A stretch of 64,000 nt of DNA from IMG/VR virus record IMGVR_UViG_3300008114_000018; one strand, written 5' to 3'. Positions within the stretch are counted from its first letter, which is position 1; each line of letters starts with the position of its first letter. The DNA comes from an uncultured virus (IMG/VR IMGVR_UViG_3300008114_000018) (taxonomy: Duplodnaviria; Heunggongvirae; Uroviricota; Caudoviricetes). Positions 38,730-47,831 of this stretch are shown here, in pieces. The notes under the pieces are model-generated. The model searched no databases. It was given only the letters and a program-made list of their open reading frames with translations, and was not told where the DNA came from. The position numbers and the translations under genes are program-made.

Positions 38730-39635
38730 TCAAGCCTGAAGAATTGTATATTTGTCAATTTTCATTTTATCAATTTGTTCCAATATTTTTGTTGCTAAAA
38801 TTGCATTAGTTTCAGCGGTTAAGTGTATTGGACTTACTCCCCAACGGTGTCGAGGATCCATATAAACAAATTGATCGTCAAGTTCTACTACTGGTAAATC
38901 GCTTCCATGCTTTCTTTTAAAATGCTGAACCATAACATCTAACCAACGTAATACATAAGGTCCATTTTTAGGATCATTCATGAATCTGTAGTTGTGATAG
39001 AATGGTATGTTTTCTTTTAGATTTATTGTGTACGGAACAATTTTTTGCTTGCTAATGTAACACTTTGATGCTAGTTTTGTTTTGACTAAAATAATTCTGT
39101 CCTGAAACAGTTGTTTCATCTGTACAGCAAAATCAACTAACAACTCCTTTGTTCTACCCATTACTTCTTCGGTATCAAAATCAAAATAACATTGTGTTTT
39201 ACTAATAATATCTTTGTTTACCCAATCCACATCTAACAATTTGTGAAACTGGGGAACCAAACTAAAACATTCATTTTTAGTAATAAACCTTGTGTAAAGT
39301 TCATTGCTAAAATTGATCACCATAATGTCTGTAGAAACTACATTTTCTTTTAGAAATTTATAGTAAGGAAATTTTGTTAATTCAACATAAGCCTGATCAT
39401 ACAAAAAACTTTCATGAGGATGCTCAGGGTATTGCTCTTTCATATAGGTAAACATACGCTCAGCCATACTACTAGGCTGAGCGTACAGTGACATTAAACT
39501 TGTACCATGTGGAGGATACTTGTTTATTAAAACATTCCCACCTGCTAGGTCATATCTTCTAATTACACTTGGACTATGTAATGAATCCCATAAATCACAT
39601 GCACCAAAGTGAAAAATTCTAGGTCTTAAAATCAT
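38730..39635 (-). CDS. Hypothetical protein, possibly SGNH-like
   Basis: FHFGACD N-terminus; DPRHRWGVSPIH C-terminus. Confidence 0.55.
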   Translation of the reverse strand: MILRPRIFHFGACDLWDSLHSPSVIRRYDLAGGNVLINKYPPHGTSLMSLYAQPSSMAERMFTYMKEQYPEHPHESFLYDQAYVELTKFPYYKFLKENVVSTDIMVINFSNELYTRFITKNECFSLVPQFHKLLDVDWVNKDIISKTQCYFDFDTEEVMGRTKELLVDFAVQMKQLFQDRIILVKTKLASKCYISKQKIVPYTINLKENIPFYHNYRFMNDPKNGPYVLRWLDVMVQHFKRKHGSDLPVVELDDQFVYMDPRHRWGVSPIHLTAETNAILATKILEQIDKMKIDKYTILQA

Positions 39636-40189
39636 GTAAGAATTCTACTATGTTTCGGAACCCCGCTTAATAAGTATTCCATTTGATCCGCAAGAATGTT
39701 TCTATTTTGCAAAATCATACTTTCAAAGTGATTAGGTTCATAAGGCACATAAAGTAGTTCCATTCTTGCTTCTTTAAGTGTCTTATTATCTTTTTTGTTA
39801 TTACACGAAACACATGCAGTAACAACATTCATCCATGTATTTACTCCACCTCTACTTTTGGGTAGGATGTGATCTCGGCTTAAATGATTACTGTTAGAGA
39901 AATGCCCTCCGCAGTATGCACATACATGACGGTCACGTCCAAACAATGTTTTGTTTGTCAATGCAACTTTGCCGTGTTTAGCCGGATCGAACCCATGTCC
40001 TTTGATTGCAATGATACTAGGAGTTTCAATGTAACTCAAACGTCCGTCATTCTGAATTCCACCATGAAACTTTGCAACAACTTCACCTAGCGACCATGCA
40101 ACCATATCTTTTGCAAAATATGTGATTGCATTTTCGTGCGAAATCCATTGTCTAGGGATTCCGCCGATGTCCAACGCTAGTACCGACAT
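39632..40189 (-). CDS. HNH endonuclease (McrA/HNH_5 type)
   Basis: RD.HVCAYCG...SRDHILPKSRGG..W.NVVTAC..CN..K. Confidence 0.9.
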   Translation of the reverse strand: MSVLALDIGGIPRQWISHENAITYFAKDMVAWSLGEVVAKFHGGIQNDGRLSYIETPSIIAIKGHGFDPAKHGKVALTNKTLFGRDRHVCAYCGGHFSNSNHLSRDHILPKSRGGVNTWMNVVTACVSCNNKKDNKTLKEARMELLYVPYEPNHFESMILQNRNILADQMEYLLSGVPKHSRILT

Positions 40190-40220
40190 GATTTTCTCCT
40201 TAAAAGTTAAATGTATTTAG

Positions 40221-40461
40221 ACACTTTCAAATATAGTACTCATCCTCTTACATTCGGAGTGTAATGATGTTTCCTCTATGTCAAAAAGTGTATGGTAAAG
40301 CAAACTGATCCTATGTCATCGGTCATAGGGTTACACATGTTCATCAATTTGCTTTATCATTCCCGTTTTACTCTGCTGTTACCGCCAGCACTTTCATCAG
40401 GGGCTCCGCCCGTTCGCAGCATGTTTACAGTGCGCTGCTGAGACCTCGTTTCTCTCACACC
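40221..40461 (-). ncRNA. Three abutting structured elements downstream of a promoter
   Basis: Stem-closed units at 40221-40291 and 40292-40360, and a multi-stem unit at 40361-40461. Confidence 0.55.
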
Positions 40462-40469
40462 TAAACGTG

Positions 40470-40619
40470 TTAAGATTCTAACACGGTATTGTCTTTATTG
40501 TCAACCTTTTCGCTAAAACCATAGAATTCTCTAATCCTTTCAAACTTTTCAGTTATCAATTTGTTAAGTTGTTCTTCTGATAATATATGGTTGTCAATAT
40601 TATCTTTTTGATAATTCAT
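40470..40619 (-). CDS. 49-aa ORF directly after the attenuator terminator (absent from the track)
   Basis: GGAG SD; MNYQKDNIDNHILSEEQLNKLI... Confidence 0.55.
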   Translation of the reverse strand: MNYQKDNIDNHILSEEQLNKLITEKFERIREFYGFSEKVDNKDNTVLES

Positions 40620-40636
40620 TTTTTTCTCCATATAAC

Positions 40637-40877
40637 AAAAAACCCTGGGACTTTTTCAGTACCAGGGTTTAGATAATCTTACTATGAAACTTTACTTACC
40701 TAAACCCCCCAAGCCCTCAATAATATTGCGATCACTTGTTAAGGCATAAAACCCTACAGGTGACCAAACCATTAGTGTTGGCTGATTAAAGGATATATGT
40801 TTACAAGTTAAGTTTCTCATAGTAAATCTATTTAGTCCTGATGATAATATTGTACTATTTATCGCATTAAAATGCAA
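40637..40877 (-). promoter_or_regulatory. Putative leader-peptide transcription attenuator
   Basis: TTGCAT-17-TACAAT promoter, 42-codon ORF 40820-40692, 12-bp antiterminator pairing, U-tailed terminator 40637-40670. Confidence 0.7.
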
Positions 40878-41368
40878 GTTTTCATTTGCCCATTAATTCT
40901 TTTTAAAACTAGAACACATCATCTCAAAATCCTGTTGTCTGGACTGGATTTGACTATATGACGCTTTTGGGTTTCGTTCTCTGTACGAAGTTTTTTCTTT
41001 TTCAATACATTCGTTGTATGGATCGGAGCATCCCGCCAATGACATTAAAATTAACAATCCAATTAATATTGCTTGTAACATAATTTCTCCTACTCAATTA
41101 CCCATGGCCTAAAAGTTGTGTCTATTTTAATAGGCTTTTTGGGCTTCTCATGATTATTTATGACAACAACTTCGGGAATTTCATTGTTATAAAGTACAGA
41201 AAAACCAGTAAACTGATTGTCCTTAATGTTTGCTGTTATTTTCTGTACAGTTTTGCCAGTTTTATCTTCTACGTATTGTTTTAATATACCTTCAACTAGT
41301 TCCTTTGTGAGGGTGGAAGTACTCTCAATGACTATATCATCCATATATTTCTCCGTTATTAAGTGTAC

Positions 41369-41554
41369 TTATTCGCTAGAAATTTTGCCCCAATTAAATT
41401 TCAACCACAGTCTTTCATGTATGTAATGTGCTATGGTCATAAAGATGTTTATAACTATTGCTCCACTTAGTCCTGTCCATATTGCAGTAACCAATGTAGC
41501 TACGATTCTCCAAGTTATTGCTCTAATGATTGTTCTTTTGTGTGTTTCTGTCAT
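41369..41554 (-). CDS. DUF2061-like membrane protein
   Basis: ETHKRT..RA.TWR...Y.HER.W....WG. Confidence 0.75.
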   Translation of the reverse strand: MTETHKRTIIRAITWRIVATLVTAIWTGLSGAIVINIFMTIAHYIHERLWLKFNWGKISSE

Positions 41555-41568
41555 TGTATCTCCAAAAT

Positions 41569-41587
41569 AAAAGCCCCTTTCGGGGCT
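41569..41587 (-). terminator. Rho-independent terminator after ahpD
   Basis: AGCCCC-GAAA-GGGGCTTTT on the - strand. Confidence 0.8.
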
Positions 41588-41590
41588 ATG

Positions 41591-42109
41591 TTAATTACTC
41601 AATAACCTTGCTACAGAGGTCATAACCGCTGCTATTCGCCCTATATCTCGTAATTGTTCTACTGTATATCCTTCTTTTTTAAGTGTTTCATAATGTGCCT
41701 TAACACAAAAATGACACTTACCTACTATACTTGCTGCAAGACTATATGCCTCAAATCTTGCTTTGGTTGTACCACCATGCGTTGCAATCGCATTCATACG
41801 CAACTGTGCTGGCAAACCTTTTAATTGTTCATCATCTGCCATTTCAACATATGGATACCATACATTGTTTTGTGCCATAATACTAGCTGCTGTTAGTGCT
41901 GCATCAGCCTCTTTACGATCACTTAATTGGCTGTGAACCCATGTCCAAAATTTTGAATTGCCAGTTGCAAATGCTGCTGCAAGTGCCACTGCCTCTGCTT
42001 CTTCAACTGGTAACGTACTACGTTTAATTACTGCATCTATGTTTAGTTTTGTATCCTTAGCGTATTCAGGAATACTTTGTTCTTTTAATGCGTCTACCCA
42101 TGCTGTCAT
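41591..42109 (-). CDS. ahpD: Alkyl hydroperoxide reductase AhpD
   Basis: IPEYAKDTKLN...CHFCVKAH (CxxC...H). Confidence 0.92.
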   Translation of the reverse strand: MTAWVDALKEQSIPEYAKDTKLNIDAVIKRSTLPVEEAEAVALAAAFATGNSKFWTWVHSQLSDRKEADAALTAASIMAQNNVWYPYVEMADDEQLKGLPAQLRMNAIATHGGTTKARFEAYSLAASIVGKCHFCVKAHYETLKKEGYTVEQLRDIGRIAAVMTSVARLLSN

Positions 42110-42501
42110 TTTGTTAAAACTCCTAGTTGTCTATATCCTTTATATGTAGGATGGACCTTATCGGGAGATAGTTCAGGAATAATAATAAAAGTATCACCAA
42201 AATGTCTAGCAATTTTTTTAACCAACTCTTGTTTCTCTGGTTTAATTGCAGGTACTATCCAAAATACTTGATCTGAATTAACATGAGTTCTTAATGCGAC
42301 CAATTCTATTTCAGTGTTTAAGTTTTTAAAATCATTACTCCCTAAACTAATAATTGTAGTTTTGGCAGGCTTGATTTTTTTAACATATGCATCATTCCAG
42401 TCTTTGCTATTGATACCACTCTGAGCATAAGCCACGCACTCAGTACGTACTTGGCTTATACCCTTTGCTATGCTATCTCCTAAGATAAGGCACTCTATCA
42501 T
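42106..42501 (-). CDS. SGNH/GDSL hydrolase
   Basis: GDSI, GSND and DKVHP blocks. Confidence 0.85.
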   Translation of the reverse strand: MIECLILGDSIAKGISQVRTECVAYAQSGINSKDWNDAYVKKIKPAKTTIISLGSNDFKNLNTEIELVALRTHVNSDQVFWIVPAIKPEKQELVKKIARHFGDTFIIIPELSPDKVHPTYKGYRQLGVLTK

Positions 42502-43034
42502 TATAGTGTCTCGCCACCAACTGAACGGTTACATGCACATAATTCACCTGTTTGTAGTGCATCTAGTACACGCAATGTTTCTTCTGGGCTACGACCAACA
42601 TTTAGGTTATTAACAGTAACGTGTTGGATTACATTGTCTGGATCAACAATAAATGTTGCACGGAGTGCTGCACCTGCAGGGGCGTAGAAAATGCCAAGCT
42701 GATTGATTAAGCTTAGTTCACCGCGCTGTGTATCTGCAAATTGTACATGTGTAATTTTTGCTAGATCAGGGTGTGCTTTCTGCCATGCTAATTTGCAGAA
42801 TTCATTGTCTGTTGAACCAGTCAATAATACTGCATCACGGTCTTTGAAATCATTTGCCAACTTATCGTATGCTACGATTTCTGTTGGGCAAACAAATGTG
42901 AAATCTTTTGGGTAGTAAACGATAACTTTCCATTTACCTTCAAAACTTGTGTCGGTAATGTCAAAAAACTGATCACTACCTGGGTTGACGCCGGTTACGG
43001 CAAATTTTTCAATGGTATCACCAACTGTTTTCAT
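42501..43034 (-). CDS. ahpC: Peroxiredoxin AhpC
   Basis: YPKDFTFVCPTE. Confidence 0.95.
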   Translation of the reverse strand: MKTVGDTIEKFAVTGVNPGSDQFFDITDTSFEGKWKVIVYYPKDFTFVCPTEIVAYDKLANDFKDRDAVLLTGSTDNEFCKLAWQKAHPDLAKITHVQFADTQRGELSLINQLGIFYAPAGAALRATFIVDPDNVIQHVTVNNLNVGRSPEETLRVLDALQTGELCACNRSVGGETL

Positions 43035-43141
43035 TTGTGTCTCCTTATGTGTGAATGAAATTATAATAAGCTATCTATTATAATCTAGTTATTTAGCTTT
43101 TTTAAATAGTTTGGGTAAATACTTTTCGATTAAATACATAG

Positions 43142-44722
43142 ATGAGTGGATTAGCGTTTAACCCAAATGCATATGATATCGTGTTTTTAAGCTACGATGA
43201 ACCAAACGCCGACGAAAACTATCAGCATTTACTCTCAATAAAACCCAAAGCAAAACGTGTGCATTGTGTCAAGGGTAGTGACGCAGCGCATAAAGCCTGT
43301 GCGGAGTTAGCTACTACAGATAGAGTTGTAATTGTAGACGGTGATAACAAAGTTCTACCATCATTATTCAAACGTAATGTTTGGATAAAGCAAGGATATT
43401 TTGACTGGGATGATAAAGTTTTTAGCTATAGTAGTCTAAACTCAATCAATGGCACAAGTTATGGAAACGGTGGCGTTAAGTGTTGGCCCGTGGAAAAAAT
43501 TTTGGCTATGCGAACTCACGAAATCAGTGAGGATGAAAATGTAAGTGTAGATTTTGATTTTGATAGTTATCTACAATTGAACACTATCGGCAGTCATACT
43601 GTCGTTAATAGTAATCCATTACAAGCATGGCGTGCAGGATTCCGTGATGCAGTGAAGTTATTCATGAGTGGCAATGGTACGTTTGATGACGTAGATTGGC
43701 GCAATATGGATAGATTGTATAGTTGGATGCATATAGGTGCTGATGTTGAGAATGGATTATGGGCATGTTATGGTGCAAGATTAGGATGCTATTTGATACA
43801 GCGTGGTTATGACCATCATGAATTGTGCGATTTTGATAGATTAAATGATACATTTAAAATGTATTACGCAGCATCACACAATAACTTAGAAAAGGCATGC
43901 AATAATTTATCTATATTGCTTAATCATAGATATGTAGGTAAGGTGTTCAGTCCTGAACAAAGTATTGAATACAAAGAAAATATTAAACCACCTGTTCGTA
44001 GTCCTGAACATTTTGTAGCAGGGAATAAAGATCCTGAGTATGACATAGTTTTTATAAGTTATGATGAATCAAATGCTGATGAGAATTATGAAAAATTATT
44101 ATGTAGGTTTCCTAGAGCAAAAAGAGTACATGGAGTAAAAGGTATACACAATGCACACAAAGAGGCTGCATTGTTATGTTCTACTGATTACTTTTGGGTA
44201 GTAGATGCAGACGCAGAGATAGTAGATAGTTTTAATTTTGATTATGTTGTACCTTTCTTTGACTTAGCAAGAGTTAGAGTATGGCGTTGTAAGAATCCTA
44301 TCAATGATCTTGTATATGGATACGGTGGTGTTAAGTTGTTACCTAGATGTTTAGTAAATAAAATGGATGTTAACACTACTGATATGACAAGTAGCATAAG
44401 CAAACATTATGAACCAGTGCAAGAGTTAAGCAACATCACAAAATTTAACACTGATCCATTTACTACATGGCGCAGTGCATTTAGAGAATGTGTTAAGTTA
44501 AGTAGTCAAACTATTCAAGGGCAGGTATCACAAGAAACATTAGAAAGATTAGACATTTGGTGCAGTGTAGGTATAGATAAAGAATATGGCAAGTATGCTA
44601 TTCAAGGTGCCAAACAAGGTAGAGAATACGGTTTAGAAAACAAAAATAATAATGAAGCATTAAGAAAGATTAATGATTATAGTTGGTTAAAAGAATTATA
44701 TGAAAGAACAGTTAGCGTTTAG
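43142..44722 (+). CDS. Two-domain glycosyltransferase-like (GT-A) protein
   Basis: Tandem YDIVF.SYDE.NADENY...DxD (VDGD/VDAD)...GGVK...WR..FR. Confidence 0.7.
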   Translation: MSGLAFNPNAYDIVFLSYDEPNADENYQHLLSIKPKAKRVHCVKGSDAAHKACAELATTDRVVIVDGDNKVLPSLFKRNVWIKQGYFDWDDKVFSYSSLNSINGTSYGNGGVKCWPVEKILAMRTHEISEDENVSVDFDFDSYLQLNTIGSHTVVNSNPLQAWRAGFRDAVKLFMSGNGTFDDVDWRNMDRLYSWMHIGADVENGLWACYGARLGCYLIQRGYDHHELCDFDRLNDTFKMYYAASHNNLEKACNNLSILLNHRYVGKVFSPEQSIEYKENIKPPVRSPEHFVAGNKDPEYDIVFISYDESNADENYEKLLCRFPRAKRVHGVKGIHNAHKEAALLCSTDYFWVVDADAEIVDSFNFDYVVPFFDLARVRVWRCKNPINDLVYGYGGVKLLPRCLVNKMDVNTTDMTSSISKHYEPVQELSNITKFNTDPFTTWRSAFRECVKLSSQTIQGQVSQETLERLDIWCSVGIDKEYGKYAIQGAKQGREYGLENKNNNEALRKINDYSWLKELYERTVSV

Positions 44723-45695
44723 CGATATACCTTTCAATGACATTGTTAGATTTGGTCAGGCAACTATGCTTGATGACACACTGTTTTCTATAAGTTGGAT
44801 ATTAGGAAGATTTTGTAACTATAAATGCAGTTATTGTTGGCCATACGCAAGAAATGATACACCAGATCATCAAGAACTAGAAACATATTTAAAAACAATA
44901 GATGAAATAAAAAGACAAGCCAGACAAAATGGCTTCAATAAATTTCATTGGTCATTCAGTGGCGGCGAACCAACAGCGTATAAACATTTACTTGAATTAG
45001 TAAAGCATGTTGATGATGGACCTGGTACTCCATATCAAAGCATCCACATGACTACTAACTTAAGTCCTAGTAGGCGTTGGTGGAAAAATTATGCTGAGAT
45101 AACTAGCATGTTACAAAGGCGTAGTATCACTGCAAGCTTTCATGATGAGTTCGCAAAAGAAATTGAGTTTGGTGATAAGATATTACAATTAACCGAAGAT
45201 GATGTATTCGTAACTATTAATCAAGTTATGGTTCCGTCAAAGTTTTATGAGTTATACGAAAGATTGTGTCGTTTTGCAGCACGTGGAATTAATGTCACAC
45301 TCAAGCCACAAAGCGATCCTACAGCTAGTTTTGTAGTTGACGGATACAGTGAAGATATGATAAAATTAATGCGTGATGGCTTCCCTCAACATGCAAAAAA
45401 TCAAGAAGTAATGCAAGTAAAACTTATTGATAAAGATAATAAAGTTTGGTATATGGATCAAGCAGAAAGATTTAATGCGTTTGGTTTCAACAAATTTAAA
45501 GATTGGATGTGTAATTCAGGGTATCAAGGTTTAGTTATTAGAGAGAATGAAGTAAAACGAAGCTATAGTTGTAGAGATGAAATATTAGGGACATTAGACG
45601 GTGGATTTAAATTATTTGATAGTCCTAAAATATGTATCACAGACAGTTGTGTGAGTTCCGCAGATAGTAAATTACCAAAATGCAAATCGATTTAG
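44700..45695 (+). CDS. Radical SAM protein
   Basis: CNYKCSYC, SGGEP, C-terminal Cys cluster. Confidence 0.9.
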   Translation: MKEQLAFSDIPFNDIVRFGQATMLDDTLFSISWILGRFCNYKCSYCWPYARNDTPDHQELETYLKTIDEIKRQARQNGFNKFHWSFSGGEPTAYKHLLELVKHVDDGPGTPYQSIHMTTNLSPSRRWWKNYAEITSMLQRRSITASFHDEFAKEIEFGDKILQLTEDDVFVTINQVMVPSKFYELYERLCRFAARGINVTLKPQSDPTASFVVDGYSEDMIKLMRDGFPQHAKNQEVMQVKLIDKDNKVWYMDQAERFNAFGFNKFKDWMCNSGYQGLVIRENEVKRSYSCRDEILGTLDGGFKLFDSPKICITDSCVSSADSKLPKCKSI

Positions 45696-46270
45696 AACAC
45701 ATATTATTTTGGATGGATGCTATTCGCAATAGCGAAGATCCTAAACGCACTTTAGAAAGTTTCTGGAAAGGTCAGATCAAAAGCAAAGCCTGGCTGATAA
45801 GAGAAATGGGTGTGTTTATAGGTAAGCCAGTTACTATAGATATATTTGGTGGCTGGAACGGAGTGCTTGCTAGTATGTTGTTTCATGCTGCATATCCTGT
45901 AAAGTCTATTCGTAGTATTGACATTGATCCAAAATGCGAAGAAACTGCTAATACGATGAATAAGATTGAGCATATGGCGGGTAGATTTGTAGCAGTTACA
46001 GAGGATATGTGTGATTCTATTAGTGAGGCAGATGTAGTAATCAATACTAGTTGCGAACATATTTCTCAAGACCAGTACAAAAGTTGGCTAAATAGATTAC
46101 CTGCCAAAAGTTTGATTGTACTGCAAAGTAACAATTACCAAATAGATGAGCATGTACGGATAGCTAACACACTAGATGAATTCATTGAACAATCAGAATT
46201 AAATGTTTCATTTTCTGGTGAGTTAGAGTTACCATTGTACAAAAGATTTATGATTATAGGGAGAAAATAG
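45680..46270 (+). CDS. Class I SAM-dependent methyltransferase
   Basis: IFGGWNG, SIDID, INTSCEH. Confidence 0.75.
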   Translation: MQIDLEHILFWMDAIRNSEDPKRTLESFWKGQIKSKAWLIREMGVFIGKPVTIDIFGGWNGVLASMLFHAAYPVKSIRSIDIDPKCEETANTMNKIEHMAGRFVAVTEDMCDSISEADVVINTSCEHISQDQYKSWLNRLPAKSLIVLQSNNYQIDEHVRIANTLDEFIEQSELNVSFSGELELPLYKRFMIIGRK

Positions 46271-46803
46271 TGCTAAAAAAGGTTCACTTAGATTTTGACT
46301 TTAGTAAACTATTGTCAGCGGATTATACTCAGCACTGCGGTAGCTGTATTAAACATCAGGTTCATGAATTGAATGATATACATGAGCAATATGGTGGCTT
46401 CCCTGAATCATACTCGTTTGAAAATACTAAGATACATCAACTATGGTGGGATGATACACAAATAGATTATAAAGAATTGGGTGAGAAGTTAGGTATGGAA
46501 GTAATCACAGTGAGTACAATCATGCAGCCACCTGGTTGTACTGTGCCATTACACCGTGATACTTTTTATCAAATCAATACACGTTATCCAGATAGAAAAG
46601 AATTAAAAGTTCGTGCAAACATATATCTAGAGGACTATAAAATAGGTCAATTCATTCAATACCAAGAAAACAATGGCTATACAACTAGTGTAGATTGGGT
46701 AACAGGTGATGGCTTCATTTGGGATAGCGAAGTTTTACATTTAAGCACCAACGGTGGTATGCAAAACAAATATACAATGCAAGTGTCAGGATTTTTATTG
46801 TGA
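46270..46803 (+). CDS. 2OG-Fe(II) oxygenase-like protein
   Basis: PG..VP.HRD...H facial-triad pattern. Confidence 0.7.
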   Translation: MLKKVHLDFDFSKLLSADYTQHCGSCIKHQVHELNDIHEQYGGFPESYSFENTKIHQLWWDDTQIDYKELGEKLGMEVITVSTIMQPPGCTVPLHRDTFYQINTRYPDRKELKVRANIYLEDYKIGQFIQYQENNGYTTSVDWVTGDGFIWDSEVLHLSTNGGMQNKYTMQVSGFLL

Positions 46804-47831
46804 GATATCCAAGAAATTATACAAGCATTCACATAGAGTTAACAGACAAGTGTCAAGCAAGTTGTCCAATGTGCGCACGTAACTACAATGGTGGTGCTGA
46901 AAGACCCTTTGTTGGTCAATCAGAGATTACACTAGAAGATTTTAAACGTTGGGTAGATGTTGAGATATTAGAAAATTTATATTATTTTTACGCTTGTGGT
47001 AATTACGGAGATCCTATTATCGCTAAAGATTGTTTAGAAATTTTTAGATATGTTAGGGAAAATAGTGACACACGGTTGAGCATCCATACTAACGGTGGTG
47101 CAAGAAATACTAAATGGTGGCATGATTTAGCTGATGCAATGCGTGGCGATCATGAAGTTACATTTGGAATAGATGGATTTGCAGATAGTCATGTACTATA
47201 TCGTAGAGGAACTGATTATAATAAAATTATCGACAACGCAAAGGCATTTATTGATAACGGTGGATATGCTACAGTAGATACACTTATCTTCAAACACAAT
47301 GAAGATGAAGCTAAGGCATTCGAAGAAGAAATGCTACGTATAGGATTTAAATCTGTAAACTTCAAATCTACCCAACGTTTCTATGATATGGATAAGTTTC
47401 CTGTACAGGATACTAAAGGTAACTTAGAATATTATCTTGAACCTCCAACTAAAGAACCATTTAAAAGGATGAACTTCTTAAAGTTAGAAGATATTAGCAA
47501 AGATATTTCTATTTGGGAGAACATCGTTGCTACTACTAACGTTGATCCTAAATGTATGAATAAGAATGAAATTTATATTGATAGCAGAGGCAATGTACTG
47601 CCCTGTTGTTGGGTAGGTTCAGATATGCTTGAAGAACCGTTAGACGTAAGTTTAACTATTCATAATCTTAGAAACAAATTAGTAGATAACACAAAAGAAC
47701 ATTTTGGTAAGTTTACAGGTCTTAATTTAAATGACTTGCCATTAGATTATATTTTAGAAAGTGAAGCTTGGGCACTATTACATGATAAAGATATTAAGCC
47801 ATGGATATGTACTAAGAATTGTTCAGCATGA
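46800..47831 (+). CDS. Radical SAM/SPASM-Twitch protein
   Basis: CQASCPMC; C...YID..G.V.PCC. Confidence 0.9.
   Translation: MRYPRNYTSIHIELTDKCQASCPMCARNYNGGAERPFVGQSEITLEDFKRWVDVEILENLYYFYACGNYGDPIIAKDCLEIFRYVRENSDTRLSIHTNGGARNTKWWHDLADAMRGDHEVTFGIDGFADSHVLYRRGTDYNKIIDNAKAFIDNGGYATVDTLIFKHNEDEAKAFEEEMLRIGFKSVNFKSTQRFYDMDKFPVQDTKGNLEYYLEPPTKEPFKRMNFLKLEDISKDISIWENIVATTNVDPKCMNKNEIYIDSRGNVLPCCWVGSDMLEEPLDVSLTIHNLRNKLVDNTKEHFGKFTGLNLNDLPLDYILESEAWALLHDKDIKPWICTKNCSA

Noticed and set aside
40221..40291. Second hammerhead-like arrangement (GAAAC...GAUGAG)
   Set aside because: CUGAUGA is replaced by AGGAUGA and there is no stem III or cleavage triplet
40361..40461. Hammerhead ribozyme (GAAAC-GAG-GUC and CUGAUGA on the - strand)
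   Set aside because: Core words are present but stems I and II do not pair in the required register
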